A stretch of DNA of 64,000 nt from Actinomycetota bacterium (GTDB taxonomy: Bacteria > Actinomycetota > Acidimicrobiia > Spongiisociales > UBA4744), in assembly GCA_013152275.1 (NCBI GenBank), contig JAADGS010000070.1, positions 1 to 64,000 on the forward strand, given 5' to 3'. The position numbers and the translations under genes were made by a program. Shown piece after piece: positions 18,306 to 27,524 of this stretch. The notes under the pieces are model-generated. The model had not been told where the DNA came from, searched no databases, and worked only from the letters and a program-made list of their open reading frames with translations. How positions within the stretch are numbered: the stretch's first letter is position 1; each line of letters opens with the position of its first letter.

Positions 18306-19514
18306 ATGGACACCTGGACACCGACACGCACCAGCACGATCTCATGGGTGCTGTATGACCTGGCCAACACGATCTTCGCGTTGGCCGTCGGAAGCCGTTA
18401 CTTCTCCGTCTGGGTCGTCGAAGACCAGGGAGCGACCGACGCCCACTTCGGGTATGCCACCGCCATCGCCATGGTGATCGTCATCATCCTCGCTCCATGG
18501 GTGGGAGCGCGCTCGGACCATGTGGGGAGGCGCAAACCCGCGTTGATCATTGCCACGATCGTCACGGTCGGAGCGACCGCGCTGCTGACGACCGTCGGCC
18601 TGTACCCCTCGCTGGCACTGTACATCGTCGGACAGATCGGCTTCACCCTTGGCAGTGTCGTGTATGACGCGATGCTTCCCGATGTCAGCACCGAGCAGAA
18701 CCGGGGCCGGATCTCCGGGCTCGGCGTCGGGGTGGGATACATCGGCTCGTTCATCGCCATCGGGACCGGTATGTTCATGCTCGACAGGTTCGGATACGGT
18801 CCACTGTTTCGGACTCTGGCGGCACTGTTCTTGCTCTTCGCGCTCCCCGCGTTCTTCCTCCTCAAGGAACGGCCCAGAGCGCATCAGGACACGAAGCCGC
18901 CTCGGTTCCTCGGCTCCCTCCAACACCTCCTCCACGCGTGGCAGCGCGCCCGCCAGTTCCCGGGAGTGACCCGATTCCTCGTCGGACGGTTCCTCTACGC
19001 AGACGCCGCCAACACCGCGTTTCTGTTCGTGTCGATCTTCGCCATCACCGAGATGGGGTTCTCCAATCGTCAGACCGACCTTCTCGCCCTGGCGGCCATC
19101 GTGTCGGCGGTGCTCGGCTCACTGGTCACAGGACGAGTCGTGGACGTGATCGGGCCGAGAAAGGTGCTCCACGGTGCAATCTACACATGGTGCGCGGCAG
19201 TCGCCGTTGCAGTGCTCGCAGCGCTGAGCGGTCACAGCTCCATCGGATGGCTCGTCGGTGTGCTCGGCGGTGCGGCCGCGGGGGCGACGTGGACATCCGA
19301 CCGTGTCTACATGCTGAGACTCTCCCCTCCGGAGCACTACGGGGAGTTCTACGGACTGTATGCCACGGTCGGCAGGTTCGCGACCTTACTCGGCCCCCTG
19401 GTATGGGCGTTCGTCACCGTCACGCTCGGGTTGGGCCGGATCGTTGCCATCGCCACCCTCCTCTTGTTCTTTGCCTCGTCGCGCTGGATCCTCGCCGGAG
19501 TGACCGATCACTAG
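18306..19514 (+). CDS. MFS transporter, UMF1/ATG22-like family
   Basis: WVLYDLANTIF, VYDAMLP, ISGLGVGVGY, GEFYGLY; about 12 TM segments; alternative start GTG 18273. Confidence 0.88.
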   Translation: MDTWTPTRTSTISWVLYDLANTIFALAVGSRYFSVWVVEDQGATDAHFGYATAIAMVIVIILAPWVGARSDHVGRRKPALIIATIVTVGATALLTTVGLYPSLALYIVGQIGFTLGSVVYDAMLPDVSTEQNRGRISGLGVGVGYIGSFIAIGTGMFMLDRFGYGPLFRTLAALFLLFALPAFFLLKERPRAHQDTKPPRFLGSLQHLLHAWQRARQFPGVTRFLVGRFLYADAANTAFLFVSIFAITEMGFSNRQTDLLALAAIVSAVLGSLVTGRVVDVIGPRKVLHGAIYTWCAAVAVAVLAALSGHSSIGWLVGVLGGAAAGATWTSDRVYMLRLSPPEHYGEFYGLYATVGRFATLLGPLVWAFVTVTLGLGRIVAIATLLLFFASSRWILAGVTDH

Positions 19515-19537
19515 AGACGACCGATCCTCGTGAGTTC

Positions 19538-20494
19538 CTACCGCTCCACGAGGGTGTCGGTGGCAAGTTCGTAGTTGAGCACTTCCTCGACCGCGTACGG
19601 GTCGGGGAGGTCCTCGACAATGGCCGTCCGGCGGGCGAGACGTCGGCCGATCTCGGCGAACCAGAGGTCGTTCGGTATCGGCCATGGCCACCGATGCAGG
19701 CCGTTCCGGGCCCCGACGACCGCACCGACGAGCGGAGCCACGTGGTCGGCGTGAGCGACGACACCGGCAGCCTCACGCACGACGACCGCCGCCTGCTCGA
19801 ATCCTGACGAGGAAAGCGCGATCACCATCGCGGAGACTTCGACTTCCGCATCTTCGATGCCCCACGACATGACGGCGACGGACACGTCCTTGGCCGAACT
19901 CCCGACCAGGTCGGGTACCCGCCGGAGCACATCGGAAACTGCCGTGGGGCGATCGATGAATCGCTCGGCCTGAACGGCTGTTTCTCTGGCCCCGTTGACA
20001 AGGTCCCAACCCGTCTGCCCATACCCTGCCGCGGCCACGGCACCCGCGATCACACAGGAGGTGACCGCAGACTCGGGGCGCGTGTGCGTTGCTCTCGCAC
20101 TTTGGGCCGCCGTGGCGATCAAGGCGTCCGGATCCTTCCGATACCACACCCCGACCGGAACCGCTCGGATGGCCGCGCCGGCATTGCGAAACGGCATCGG
20201 TGTCGAGAGCCCTCGCCGAGACTCCTCGAGAAAGGCCATGAACCAAGAATCGGGCGAACGGTAGACGCTCGCCCGTCCATCTTGCGGATAGGCGAACTCG
20301 AGCAGGTTCGCGGCAAAGGTCTCCCCATCGACCGCCTGTGCCCGCATCAGGTGGTACGCGGTCAGGACCATCTGTTGAACACCGAACCCGTACGCGCGAC
20401 GGGTCCCAGAGACCAGTAACTCCCCGGCAGCCGCTCCGAGCAGCGCGCCTTCTCCGCCTGCCTCGTAGGTGGCGGCGTGGCGTGACCTTTCCAT
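19538..20494 (-). CDS. ADP-ribosylglycohydrolase-fold protein, catalytic acidic residues absent
   Basis: GALLGAAAGE, NAGAAIRAVPVG, ARATH, ADHVAPLVGAVVGARNG match the ARH/DraG scaffold. Confidence 0.75.
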   Translation of the reverse strand: MERSRHAATYEAGGEGALLGAAAGELLVSGTRRAYGFGVQQMVLTAYHLMRAQAVDGETFAANLLEFAYPQDGRASVYRSPDSWFMAFLEESRRGLSTPMPFRNAGAAIRAVPVGVWYRKDPDALIATAAQSARATHTRPESAVTSCVIAGAVAAAGYGQTGWDLVNGARETAVQAERFIDRPTAVSDVLRRVPDLVGSSAKDVSVAVMSWGIEDAEVEVSAMVIALSSSGFEQAAVVVREAAGVVAHADHVAPLVGAVVGARNGLHRWPWPIPNDLWFAEIGRRLARRTAIVEDLPDPYAVEEVLNYELATDTLVER

Positions 20495-20580
20495 GTTTCG
20501 AGCTATCGGAAGACTGCCTGTGGGCCTTGAGGGGAAGTGCGTGCGAAGCCGCGGACCGGGAAGGCCATTACCCTTCGCCT

Positions 20581-21516
20581 GTGCGTTCCCTCCTCCTGAT
20601 AGCAAACCCGGCGGCATCCCGCTTCACCGGTGGTCTCCACCGCTCCGTCGTATTCCGGTTGTCGAAAACCTACGACGTCGAGACCACATGGCCGACAAGT
20701 GCCGGCGAAGTCGAAGCGCGAGCCTTACAGGCCGCCCACGACGGAGTCGACGTTGTCGCAGCAATGGGTGGGGACGGTGTGGTACACCACGTCGTCAACG
20801 GAATATACGGCACACGAGCAACTCTCGGCATCATCCCGGCAGGGACGACCAACGTGCTCGCGAGGATTCTCGGCATCCCCGCCCGCCCGGGACGCGCCGC
20901 CGCGTACCTCGCCTCGGGACCGCCTGCCATCTACGCCCCCGTCGCCCAGATCTCCCTCGATACCGGTGCCGGCACGACCGTTCGATACGCGACGTTCGCC
21001 ACCGGTGTCGGTTTCGATGCAGAGGTCGTGCGAGTCTCCAACCTCGAGCCCTACCGAAAGTACTGGTTTGGTGGAGTGCACTACGCGCGATCCGCCGTCG
21101 GCGTCGTCCTCTCACGCGACAGTCGGCAGCCGCCAAACATGCGCGTCGATGACGGAACACGCTCGGCGAACGCCGCCGCGGTGTTGGTCCAGGTCCACGA
21201 TCCGTACACGTATTTCGGCAGGGTCCCCCTCCGTATCTCTCCCCGCCCGCATGCCGGTCTCGCCGCGCTGCTCGTCGAGCGGCTGACGCTGCCGCGCATC
21301 CCCGCGATCCTGCTGGCGGCAGTCACCGGCAGGGACCTGCAACGGATCCCCGGCGTGCACGTGTGGAAGAACGTTCGGCACATCGACGTGCATGCCGAGC
21401 CGCGATCGCCCCTTCAGGCTGATGGAGAGCTCCTCGGTACCATCGACTCGGTCCGATTCTCGGCTCGACCTCGCGGTCTGCGGGTCATTGCGCCGACTGC
21501 GCCGGTCAACGACTGA
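20581..21516 (+). CDS. diacylglycerol/lipid kinase family protein
   Basis: IANPAAS, AMGGDGVV, IPAGTTNVLAR, GVGFDAEV, QADGE. Confidence 0.88.
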   Translation: MRSLLLIANPAASRFTGGLHRSVVFRLSKTYDVETTWPTSAGEVEARALQAAHDGVDVVAAMGGDGVVHHVVNGIYGTRATLGIIPAGTTNVLARILGIPARPGRAAAYLASGPPAIYAPVAQISLDTGAGTTVRYATFATGVGFDAEVVRVSNLEPYRKYWFGGVHYARSAVGVVLSRDSRQPPNMRVDDGTRSANAAAVLVQVHDPYTYFGRVPLRISPRPHAGLAALLVERLTLPRIPAILLAAVTGRDLQRIPGVHVWKNVRHIDVHAEPRSPLQADGELLGTIDSVRFSARPRGLRVIAPTAPVND

Positions 21517-22377
21517 CTAAAACTTCAGCTCCTCGGCGACCGTCCGCTCTGCTGCGAGGTCGGCGATCTGGGTGGCCGTGAGAAGCCCGATATCGGACAC
21601 GATCGCGGTGAAGTATTCCAGCCCTACGATCTCCGACAAGGCCCTGCGCCCTCCGAGCTGCGCCGTGATGCGGAACAGGCCGGAAGGAAGTACCTTGTCC
21701 CTGCCGGCAGTGAGGTAGAGGGCCACTCCTGCAAGATCGGCGGCAACGGCCAGCCTCCGAATCCCGGCCTTCGACACCGCGGCGTCAGGTCCGATCGCAT
21801 CCGCTCCCGAGACGACCACATCCACACCCGGAAGGAGTTCAACTGCGGATCCGTCATCGACCACTTCGACGTCGAATCCTGCGACCGTCAGCTCGGCGGC
21901 CATCTCCATGCCCTCTCCCCCCGGCATCGCTTCGGTGCAACAGACTTGGAACGACGATTGCTCCCGGGCAGCATCGAGAACGGACCGCACCGAGCTGGAG
22001 GCGCCGTGGACCAGAACCGTCACCCCCTCGCCGATGAGATGGGCGCCCACCGAACCGATCTTCGCCGTAGACGAGGCGAGGCGGTCGGCGAACTCTCTGG
22101 CGACGTCCACGACACGGTCCGCGCCGTCGGCGAGGGACAGATACAACTCGTTACAGAGAGCGAGGACCGGAGCGCGGACCGCCTGCCGATCGACGAGCAG
22201 CTCGAGCGCATCGACAATCGCCTCGGGGTACGACTCCGGAGCGTAGGTTGCGACACTTCGCGCAAGCTGCTCGATCGCCTCTGCAGCTTCCGCTCCGACG
22301 AACGCGGCGCTGGACACGGTATCGAGTGACACCGCGGTAACACGCCGCCATGCCGCCCAGTCTCGCCATTCCGTCAC
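21517..22377 (-). CDS. eIF-2B alpha/beta/delta-like (ribose-1,5-bisphosphate isomerase-like) protein
   Basis: TEAMPGGEG, VDVVVSGADAI, SKAG...LAVAA, AIVSDIG; SD GGAGG. Confidence 0.8.
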   Translation of the reverse strand: MTEWRDWAAWRRVTAVSLDTVSSAAFVGAEAAEAIEQLARSVATYAPESYPEAIVDALELLVDRQAVRAPVLALCNELYLSLADGADRVVDVAREFADRLASSTAKIGSVGAHLIGEGVTVLVHGASSSVRSVLDAAREQSSFQVCCTEAMPGGEGMEMAAELTVAGFDVEVVDDGSAVELLPGVDVVVSGADAIGPDAAVSKAGIRRLAVAADLAGVALYLTAGRDKVLPSGLFRITAQLGGRRALSEIVGLEYFTAIVSDIGLLTATQIADLAAERTVAEELKF

Positions 22378-22409
22378 GTACCCGCCCTCCGAGCCGTCAA
22401 CTGTAGCTT

Positions 22410-24071
22410 TCAGCTTCCGGGATCCGCGTTCGATGCGTCCGGTTTGATGCGGATCGGAACCTGCGGGAGCACGGACTCGAGTCTGGCCAGCTCTACACCG
22501 AGCTCCGCGAGGGCCCCTCCAAGCTCGGCGCGGTCTCGCATGACGGTGCGAAGTGGTGTGCCGATTCGTTGATCGACTCTCGCGGCGAGGCGTCGTTCGA
22601 TCGCGACCCGGTACACGCCTGCTGCTCTTCTACCGGCTCTTCTCCCCGACCACCGCACGATTCGGGCGAGCACGACACCGGCGATGAGCGCACCGACGCC
22701 GAGGATGATCGGCCACGGCCACGCGTCTCGCCGCAGCGCTTCGGGGCCTGCCCAGGCCCACACGAACGCAGACACGACGGTGATGACGATCAGCCACTGT
22801 GCGGCCGCTGCGAGCCGCCACCAACCGACCTTGGCCGGCACGGGACGATCGCGCGATGCGGCCAGGACACCTTCCGTGGCCTCTTGCAGTTCGGTTTCGA
22901 CCGTTGCCGGCCCGAAACGCTCTCTGAGCTCGGCACCGAAGCCACCCCCCGACTCGAAGGACAGCTCGGTCACCGTCGAGGCGACCGCTTCGACCGCCTC
23001 TCCGAGCCCGGTGCGATCTTGCCGCCGATGACGTTCCCCTCCGATCGCCTCGTCTTCCGCCGCCGTCTCGAGTGGGCGACCGACGAGGCTTCTCCGAAGG
23101 CCCGCCACTGCTCTTCCGAGAGGACCCGATCCGCTGCGAACGGCGAGAAGCCGGCCGGCATCCTCGGCAGCCTCTGTGACCTCCCGACCGACGAGGAGGT
23201 CCCCCAGTCCCGCAACGACCGCTGCTCGTGTTCGGGCCCAGCGGCGATCGAAGTCGAGTCCGGATCCCGGCTGAACGCCGGTGACGTCTGCGACGCCACG
23301 ACCTGCCCTGCGGATGTCCTCGACCAGTTTCCCGATGACGGTGCGTTTGACCTCCAGGGTGTCCTCGACGAACGCCACGAGGCGCTCGATACCGATCGGC
23401 CGTCCCGCCACGGGATCGGCGGCAGTATCGAACACGACGGGACCGGTGATCCCGTCGGCCTCGAGAAGCGCGATCAGGTCGTCACGAACGAGGTCGAGTT
23501 CTCCGGGCGCAAGACGGTCGATCTGGTTCAGGGCGAAGACAAACTGCTCTCGATAGCCGGACAGCGGACGCAGATACGTCTCATGCAGGGATCGATCGCC
23601 GTATTTCTCGGGGTCGAGGACCCACAGGACGGCGTCGACCCTGGGGATGAGCCGTTCGACGGTCGCCCTGTGCTCGAGAGAGATCGAATCAAAGTCCGGC
23701 AGGTCGACGATGGCCAGGTTCAATGCCGCCGTGTGCTCGATCCGTTCCTCCACACCGAGATCGTCGAGGAGGCGCAGGAGCCCTGGCTCGGGCTCGCTCG
23801 GCAGCCACACGAGCGGCCGGTCCGTCGTCGGGCGGATACGACCGACGGGCGCCACGGACGCCCCGGCGATCGCATTCAGAAGACTGGACTTGCCGGCACC
23901 CGTCCCACCCGCAAGTGCGAGAACCACCGTTTCGCCCAGATACCCCATTCGCGTCCTGGCCTGTCTGGCCACACGGGCATACGGTTCGAGACGATCGTCA
24001 CCGGTAAGGGACCATGCCTTGGCGACCACAAGATCGAGCATGTCGAGGGCCTTGCCCAGATCACCCGCCAT
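22410..24071 (-). CDS. dynamin-like/YfjP-type GTPase with C-terminal TM hairpin
   Basis: GGTGAGKSS, RPTT, DLPDFDS, DPEKY, LNQID; two TM helices near C-terminus. Confidence 0.85.
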   Translation of the reverse strand: MAGDLGKALDMLDLVVAKAWSLTGDDRLEPYARVARQARTRMGYLGETVVLALAGGTGAGKSSLLNAIAGASVAPVGRIRPTTDRPLVWLPSEPEPGLLRLLDDLGVEERIEHTAALNLAIVDLPDFDSISLEHRATVERLIPRVDAVLWVLDPEKYGDRSLHETYLRPLSGYREQFVFALNQIDRLAPGELDLVRDDLIALLEADGITGPVVFDTAADPVAGRPIGIERLVAFVEDTLEVKRTVIGKLVEDIRRAGRGVADVTGVQPGSGLDFDRRWARTRAAVVAGLGDLLVGREVTEAAEDAGRLLAVRSGSGPLGRAVAGLRRSLVGRPLETAAEDEAIGGERHRRQDRTGLGEAVEAVASTVTELSFESGGGFGAELRERFGPATVETELQEATEGVLAASRDRPVPAKVGWWRLAAAAQWLIVITVVSAFVWAWAGPEALRRDAWPWPIILGVGALIAGVVLARIVRWSGRRAGRRAAGVYRVAIERRLAARVDQRIGTPLRTVMRDRAELGGALAELGVELARLESVLPQVPIRIKPDASNADPGS

Positions 24072-25401
24072 AGAAGATCTCCGCAGCCTCCCGTACCGTT
24101 GCCGTTGCATGCCGCAGACCGAGAGTCGAACCCGACAAGAGGGCTTCGACTCGACCGGCGAACCGTGCCTCGTCGGCGTCGAAGACGTCACGCAGGCGCT
24201 CGAGGAGGCCTCGCCGAGCGGCCCCGATCGCCTCCTCGATGCGACCGGTTGCCTCTGGGGCACGCTTCCACAGTGCAGCATCCCCCAGGAGAACTCTGCC
24301 CGCCGGATCGAGTTCCCATGCCGCCGCCGTCTGGGAGGCCGCGAGGTCGAGCCGCCGTGCGACGGAGGCACCAAACTCTTTCCGGCGTGTTCCGCCCTCG
24401 GCGCGGATCAGGGAGTCTTCGTCCAACGCACGGCCGATCTCATCGAGTTGCTCGAAGTATGCCTCCTTGGCGAAACCGATGAGAGCAGCACCTTCCTCTG
24501 CCTCCTGCCGGATTGCAGCCGCCAGGTCGCCGGAACGCGCGACCACGTCTTCAACGGCACCCTTCGTCGTGTCCACGATGACGGCGTATCGTCTGCCGGG
24601 GTCTGCAAATGCTGCGAGCCGCTCTCGCAAGCCATCGACCGCACCCGGGGTGAGACCCATGTACTCGGGGATGATCGTCTGCTCCCGGATCTCGACGATG
24701 GATGGATCGCCCTGGAGGATGTCACGCCGGCGAAGGTGACCGGAGTAGTCGGCGAGGATCTCGGAGACACCGGTGTCGGGAAGTCGGTTCACGACGAAGA
24801 CAATCGGCAGCTTGCGTCGACGGGCCCGATCGAGAAACTCCCAGGGGACCGCGTCGGCGTACCGCTGGGCGCTGGTGACGAAGATGCAGATATCGGCGAT
24901 CGCGAGCAGTTCCGTCACGATCTCTCGATGCTCTCCGATCACCGAGTCGAAGTCGGGTGCGTCGATGAGCGTCACCCCGCGCAGCAGAGGTGCCGTGTCG
25001 GCAACGACGCGCAGGCTGCGGCCCGAGTCGGTGTCGATTCCGTAGCCACTCATGAACGTGTCGCGGTACCGCTGCGCGTGCTTCTCGTGACACCAGATGA
25101 CCGGCGCCTTTGTCGTTGGGCGTATCGGTCCGGTCTGACTCACCGGTCGTTGAGCGAGCGTGTTGACGAGTGTCGACTTACCACTGCCGGTGGAGCCGAC
25201 GACCACCGCGACAACGTCCGTGTCGAGATCGGCGAGACGAGGTATGAGGTACTCGCGAATCATCCACCCGAGCTCGTCTCGAAGCTCTCGGCGGACCTGC
25301 TGATCGGCAGACGGCAGTCCGAAGTCGACCGCGGCGATCTGGTCGCCCAACGCGTCGAGCGCGGCCCGCAACCGTGCCACCGAGGAGATCCGCCGTCCCA
25401 T
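24061..25401 (-). CDS. dynamin-like GTPase (first of pair)
   Basis: GSTGSGKST, RPTT, DAPDFDS, VTSAQRYAD, VVNR; overlaps start of next gene. Confidence 0.85.
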   Translation of the reverse strand: MGRRISSVARLRAALDALGDQIAAVDFGLPSADQQVRRELRDELGWMIREYLIPRLADLDTDVVAVVVGSTGSGKSTLVNTLAQRPVSQTGPIRPTTKAPVIWCHEKHAQRYRDTFMSGYGIDTDSGRSLRVVADTAPLLRGVTLIDAPDFDSVIGEHREIVTELLAIADICIFVTSAQRYADAVPWEFLDRARRRKLPIVFVVNRLPDTGVSEILADYSGHLRRRDILQGDPSIVEIREQTIIPEYMGLTPGAVDGLRERLAAFADPGRRYAVIVDTTKGAVEDVVARSGDLAAAIRQEAEEGAALIGFAKEAYFEQLDEIGRALDEDSLIRAEGGTRRKEFGASVARRLDLAASQTAAAWELDPAGRVLLGDAALWKRAPEATGRIEEAIGAARRGLLERLRDVFDADEARFAGRVEALLSGSTLGLRHATATVREAAEIFYGG

Positions 25402-25437
25402 CGGCGGATTGTCCCACACCAGGTCTCCGGTTTCGTT

Positions 25438-26739
25438 TCAAACAGTCGGTGTGTCGCGGGCAGGCCCGAACAACACCTCGACGCCTGCACCACCGTCCGG
25501 GCCGACTCGCAAGTTCAGCGCCCCTCCCGTCGCTTCTGCGGCCCTGCGGACGATATCCAATCCCAGTCCTGTCGACCCGCTCCCCGACTCTCCCCGACGC
25601 GCCGGGTCACCCTCGGGAAAGCCCGGTCCCGCGTCCTCGACGACGAGTCGCACCATCCCATCCTCGGTTCGGTCGACACGGATGTGAAACGGTGTCCCTT
25701 CCGGTGTGTGGGCCAGAACGTTTCCGACGAGAGCGTCGACGACTGCTGCCGCATCCCCTTCGAGAAGCGCCACATGATGGGGTCCCCCATCGACGTCCGC
25801 CGACCAGAGCCTTCTCTGCTCCTGGGCGAGCGCCCCCCAGAACGAGACCCGTTCCTCGACGATGGCTCCCAGATCGGTGCTGGCGCCGATACCCTCGCGC
25901 AACGGGCGGCGAGCCTGCCGGATGAGGTGATCGACGGTTCTCTCCAGTTCGTCCAGATCACCGATGAGACGCTCCGATCGGTCGGGTACGGCCTCGATCT
26001 CGAGCCGCAAGGCGGTCAACGGGGTCCGGAGGCGGTGGGACAGATCGGCTGCCGCCCTGCGTTCCTCCTCGAGAAGCTCGCCGACGCGACCGGCCAGCCG
26101 GTTGAACGCCTTGCCGACTTCGACGATCTCCGCCGGCCCGTCCGGTTCGACGCGCACGCTGAGGTCTCCCCCACCGAGGCGATGCGCCGCGACGGAGAGA
26201 TCATGGACGGGCCGCACCACCGAACGAGCCAGTCGGTCGGCGACCAGCGCAGAGAGCATCACCAACGCGACCCCGAGCGAACCGAGGATGATCCACGCCG
26301 CGGTGACGTTGCGATCCAACAGCTCCGAGGCAACGAAGACCCGCACCACGGCGGCCCGTTCCTCACCTTCGACGAGTACGGGAACCCAGATGATCTCGCC
26401 GTCTTTCGATGGCTCACGGAACGCCTCGCCGGCAGCCGCTCGTCGATACCCATCGCCCAACTCGAACGACTCTCCAACGATCGTCTCATCCGGGAGGACA
26501 ACCGAGAGCAGTCCCCCGCCGGCGAGCTTTCCCGATCCGACGAGCGCCACGACCTCCTGGGGGCGCCCACCGGTGATCACAATGCCGAGTGCTTGCGACA
26601 ATGTCTGTGCATCCCTTTCGGCGGCCACCAGAACCCGGTCCCGCGCAAGTGTCTTGACCATCCCCGCAAGTGGGATCAGAAAGGCGAGTACCACCATCGC
26701 GGTCACTGCGGCCGAGACCACGGCGAGCCGCCTTCTCAC
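25438..26739 (-). CDS. HAMP-domain sensor histidine kinase
   Basis: two TM helices, HAMP, ADLSHRLRTPL H-box, GNVLAHTP, EDAGPG, STGLGL. Confidence 0.92.
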   Translation of the reverse strand: MRRRLAVVSAAVTAMVVLAFLIPLAGMVKTLARDRVLVAAERDAQTLSQALGIVITGGRPQEVVALVGSGKLAGGGLLSVVLPDETIVGESFELGDGYRRAAAGEAFREPSKDGEIIWVPVLVEGEERAAVVRVFVASELLDRNVTAAWIILGSLGVALVMLSALVADRLARSVVRPVHDLSVAAHRLGGGDLSVRVEPDGPAEIVEVGKAFNRLAGRVGELLEEERRAAADLSHRLRTPLTALRLEIEAVPDRSERLIGDLDELERTVDHLIRQARRPLREGIGASTDLGAIVEERVSFWGALAQEQRRLWSADVDGGPHHVALLEGDAAAVVDALVGNVLAHTPEGTPFHIRVDRTEDGMVRLVVEDAGPGFPEGDPARRGESGSGSTGLGLDIVRRAAEATGGALNLRVGPDGGAGVEVLFGPARDTPTV

Positions 26740-27413
26740 GGTACGACCAGCTTGACACCCACTCCCCGCACGGTGTGGAGATATCGAGGCTCGGCGGCGC
26801 TCTCACCGAGCTTCTTGCGAAGCCACGAAAGATGTACGTCGACGGTCTTGTCGGCCCCACCGTATGGCTGCCGCCAGACCTCTGCGAGGAGCTCGCGTCT
26901 CCCAACGACCGTTCCAGGTCGCTGCGCGAGGTATGCCAGCAGGTCGAACTCCTTTCGGGTGAGTATCAGCGTCCGGCCGTCCAACCTCACATCTCGGGAA
27001 GCAAGATCGATCACCAGATCCCCGAGCGACAGGACGACCTTCTCGGCTGCCTCACCTCCGCGACGAAGCACGGCCCTGATCCTCGCGTCGAGATGAGCCG
27101 CGGAGAACGGCTTGACGACATAGTCGTCCGCCCCTGCATCGAGGAGATGGACGATCTCCTGCTCATCGTCCCGGGCCGTTGCCACGATGACCGGGACATC
27201 GGTCACGGCTCGAATCATCTTCAGGAGCTCGGCCCCGTCGATGTCGGGCAGCCCAAGGTCGAGAATCACGGCATCGGGGTTTCCGGACACCGCGAGCTCG
27301 AGCCCGCCAAGGCCTGAGCCGGCGGCACGGACGTCGTGTCCACGCTCTGCCAGCCTTGCTGCCAGCGTCTGGCGGATCCGGACGTCGTCCTCGATGATGA
27401 TCAATGAAGCCAC
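26736..27413 (-). CDS. OmpR-family response regulator
   Basis: IEDD, LDLGLPD, ATAR, KPF, wHTH KTVDVHLSWLRKKL; alternative start 27419. Confidence 0.93.
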   Translation of the reverse strand: MASLIIIEDDVRIRQTLAARLAERGHDVRAAGSGLGGLELAVSGNPDAVILDLGLPDIDGAELLKMIRAVTDVPVIVATARDDEQEIVHLLDAGADDYVVKPFSAAHLDARIRAVLRRGGEAAEKVVLSLGDLVIDLASRDVRLDGRTLILTRKEFDLLAYLAQRPGTVVGRRELLAEVWRQPYGGADKTVDVHLSWLRKKLGESAAEPRYLHTVRGVGVKLVVP

Positions 27414-27463
27414 CTTCACACCCTATACGGATGCCACACCGAACCATCGCCGACGCGACCCAC

Positions 27464-27518
27464 TTATCACACCTTTAACCTGCCGTTACCGCTCTCCAAC
27501 GCGCATACCGGCAATACT
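27464..27518 (+). promoter_or_regulatory. 11-bp-period direct repeats (TTATC/TTAAC/TTACC) plus -10 upstream of 27525 gene
   Basis: pentamers at 27464, 27475, 27486; AATACT at 27513-27518, six nt before ATG. Confidence 0.5.
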
Positions 27519-27524
27519 GCCCAC

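Noticed and set aside
23647..27096. 1149-aa plus-strand ORF
   Set aside because: Antisense shadow of the GTPase/kinase/regulator genes; no motifs; long shadow ORFs are expected at high GC
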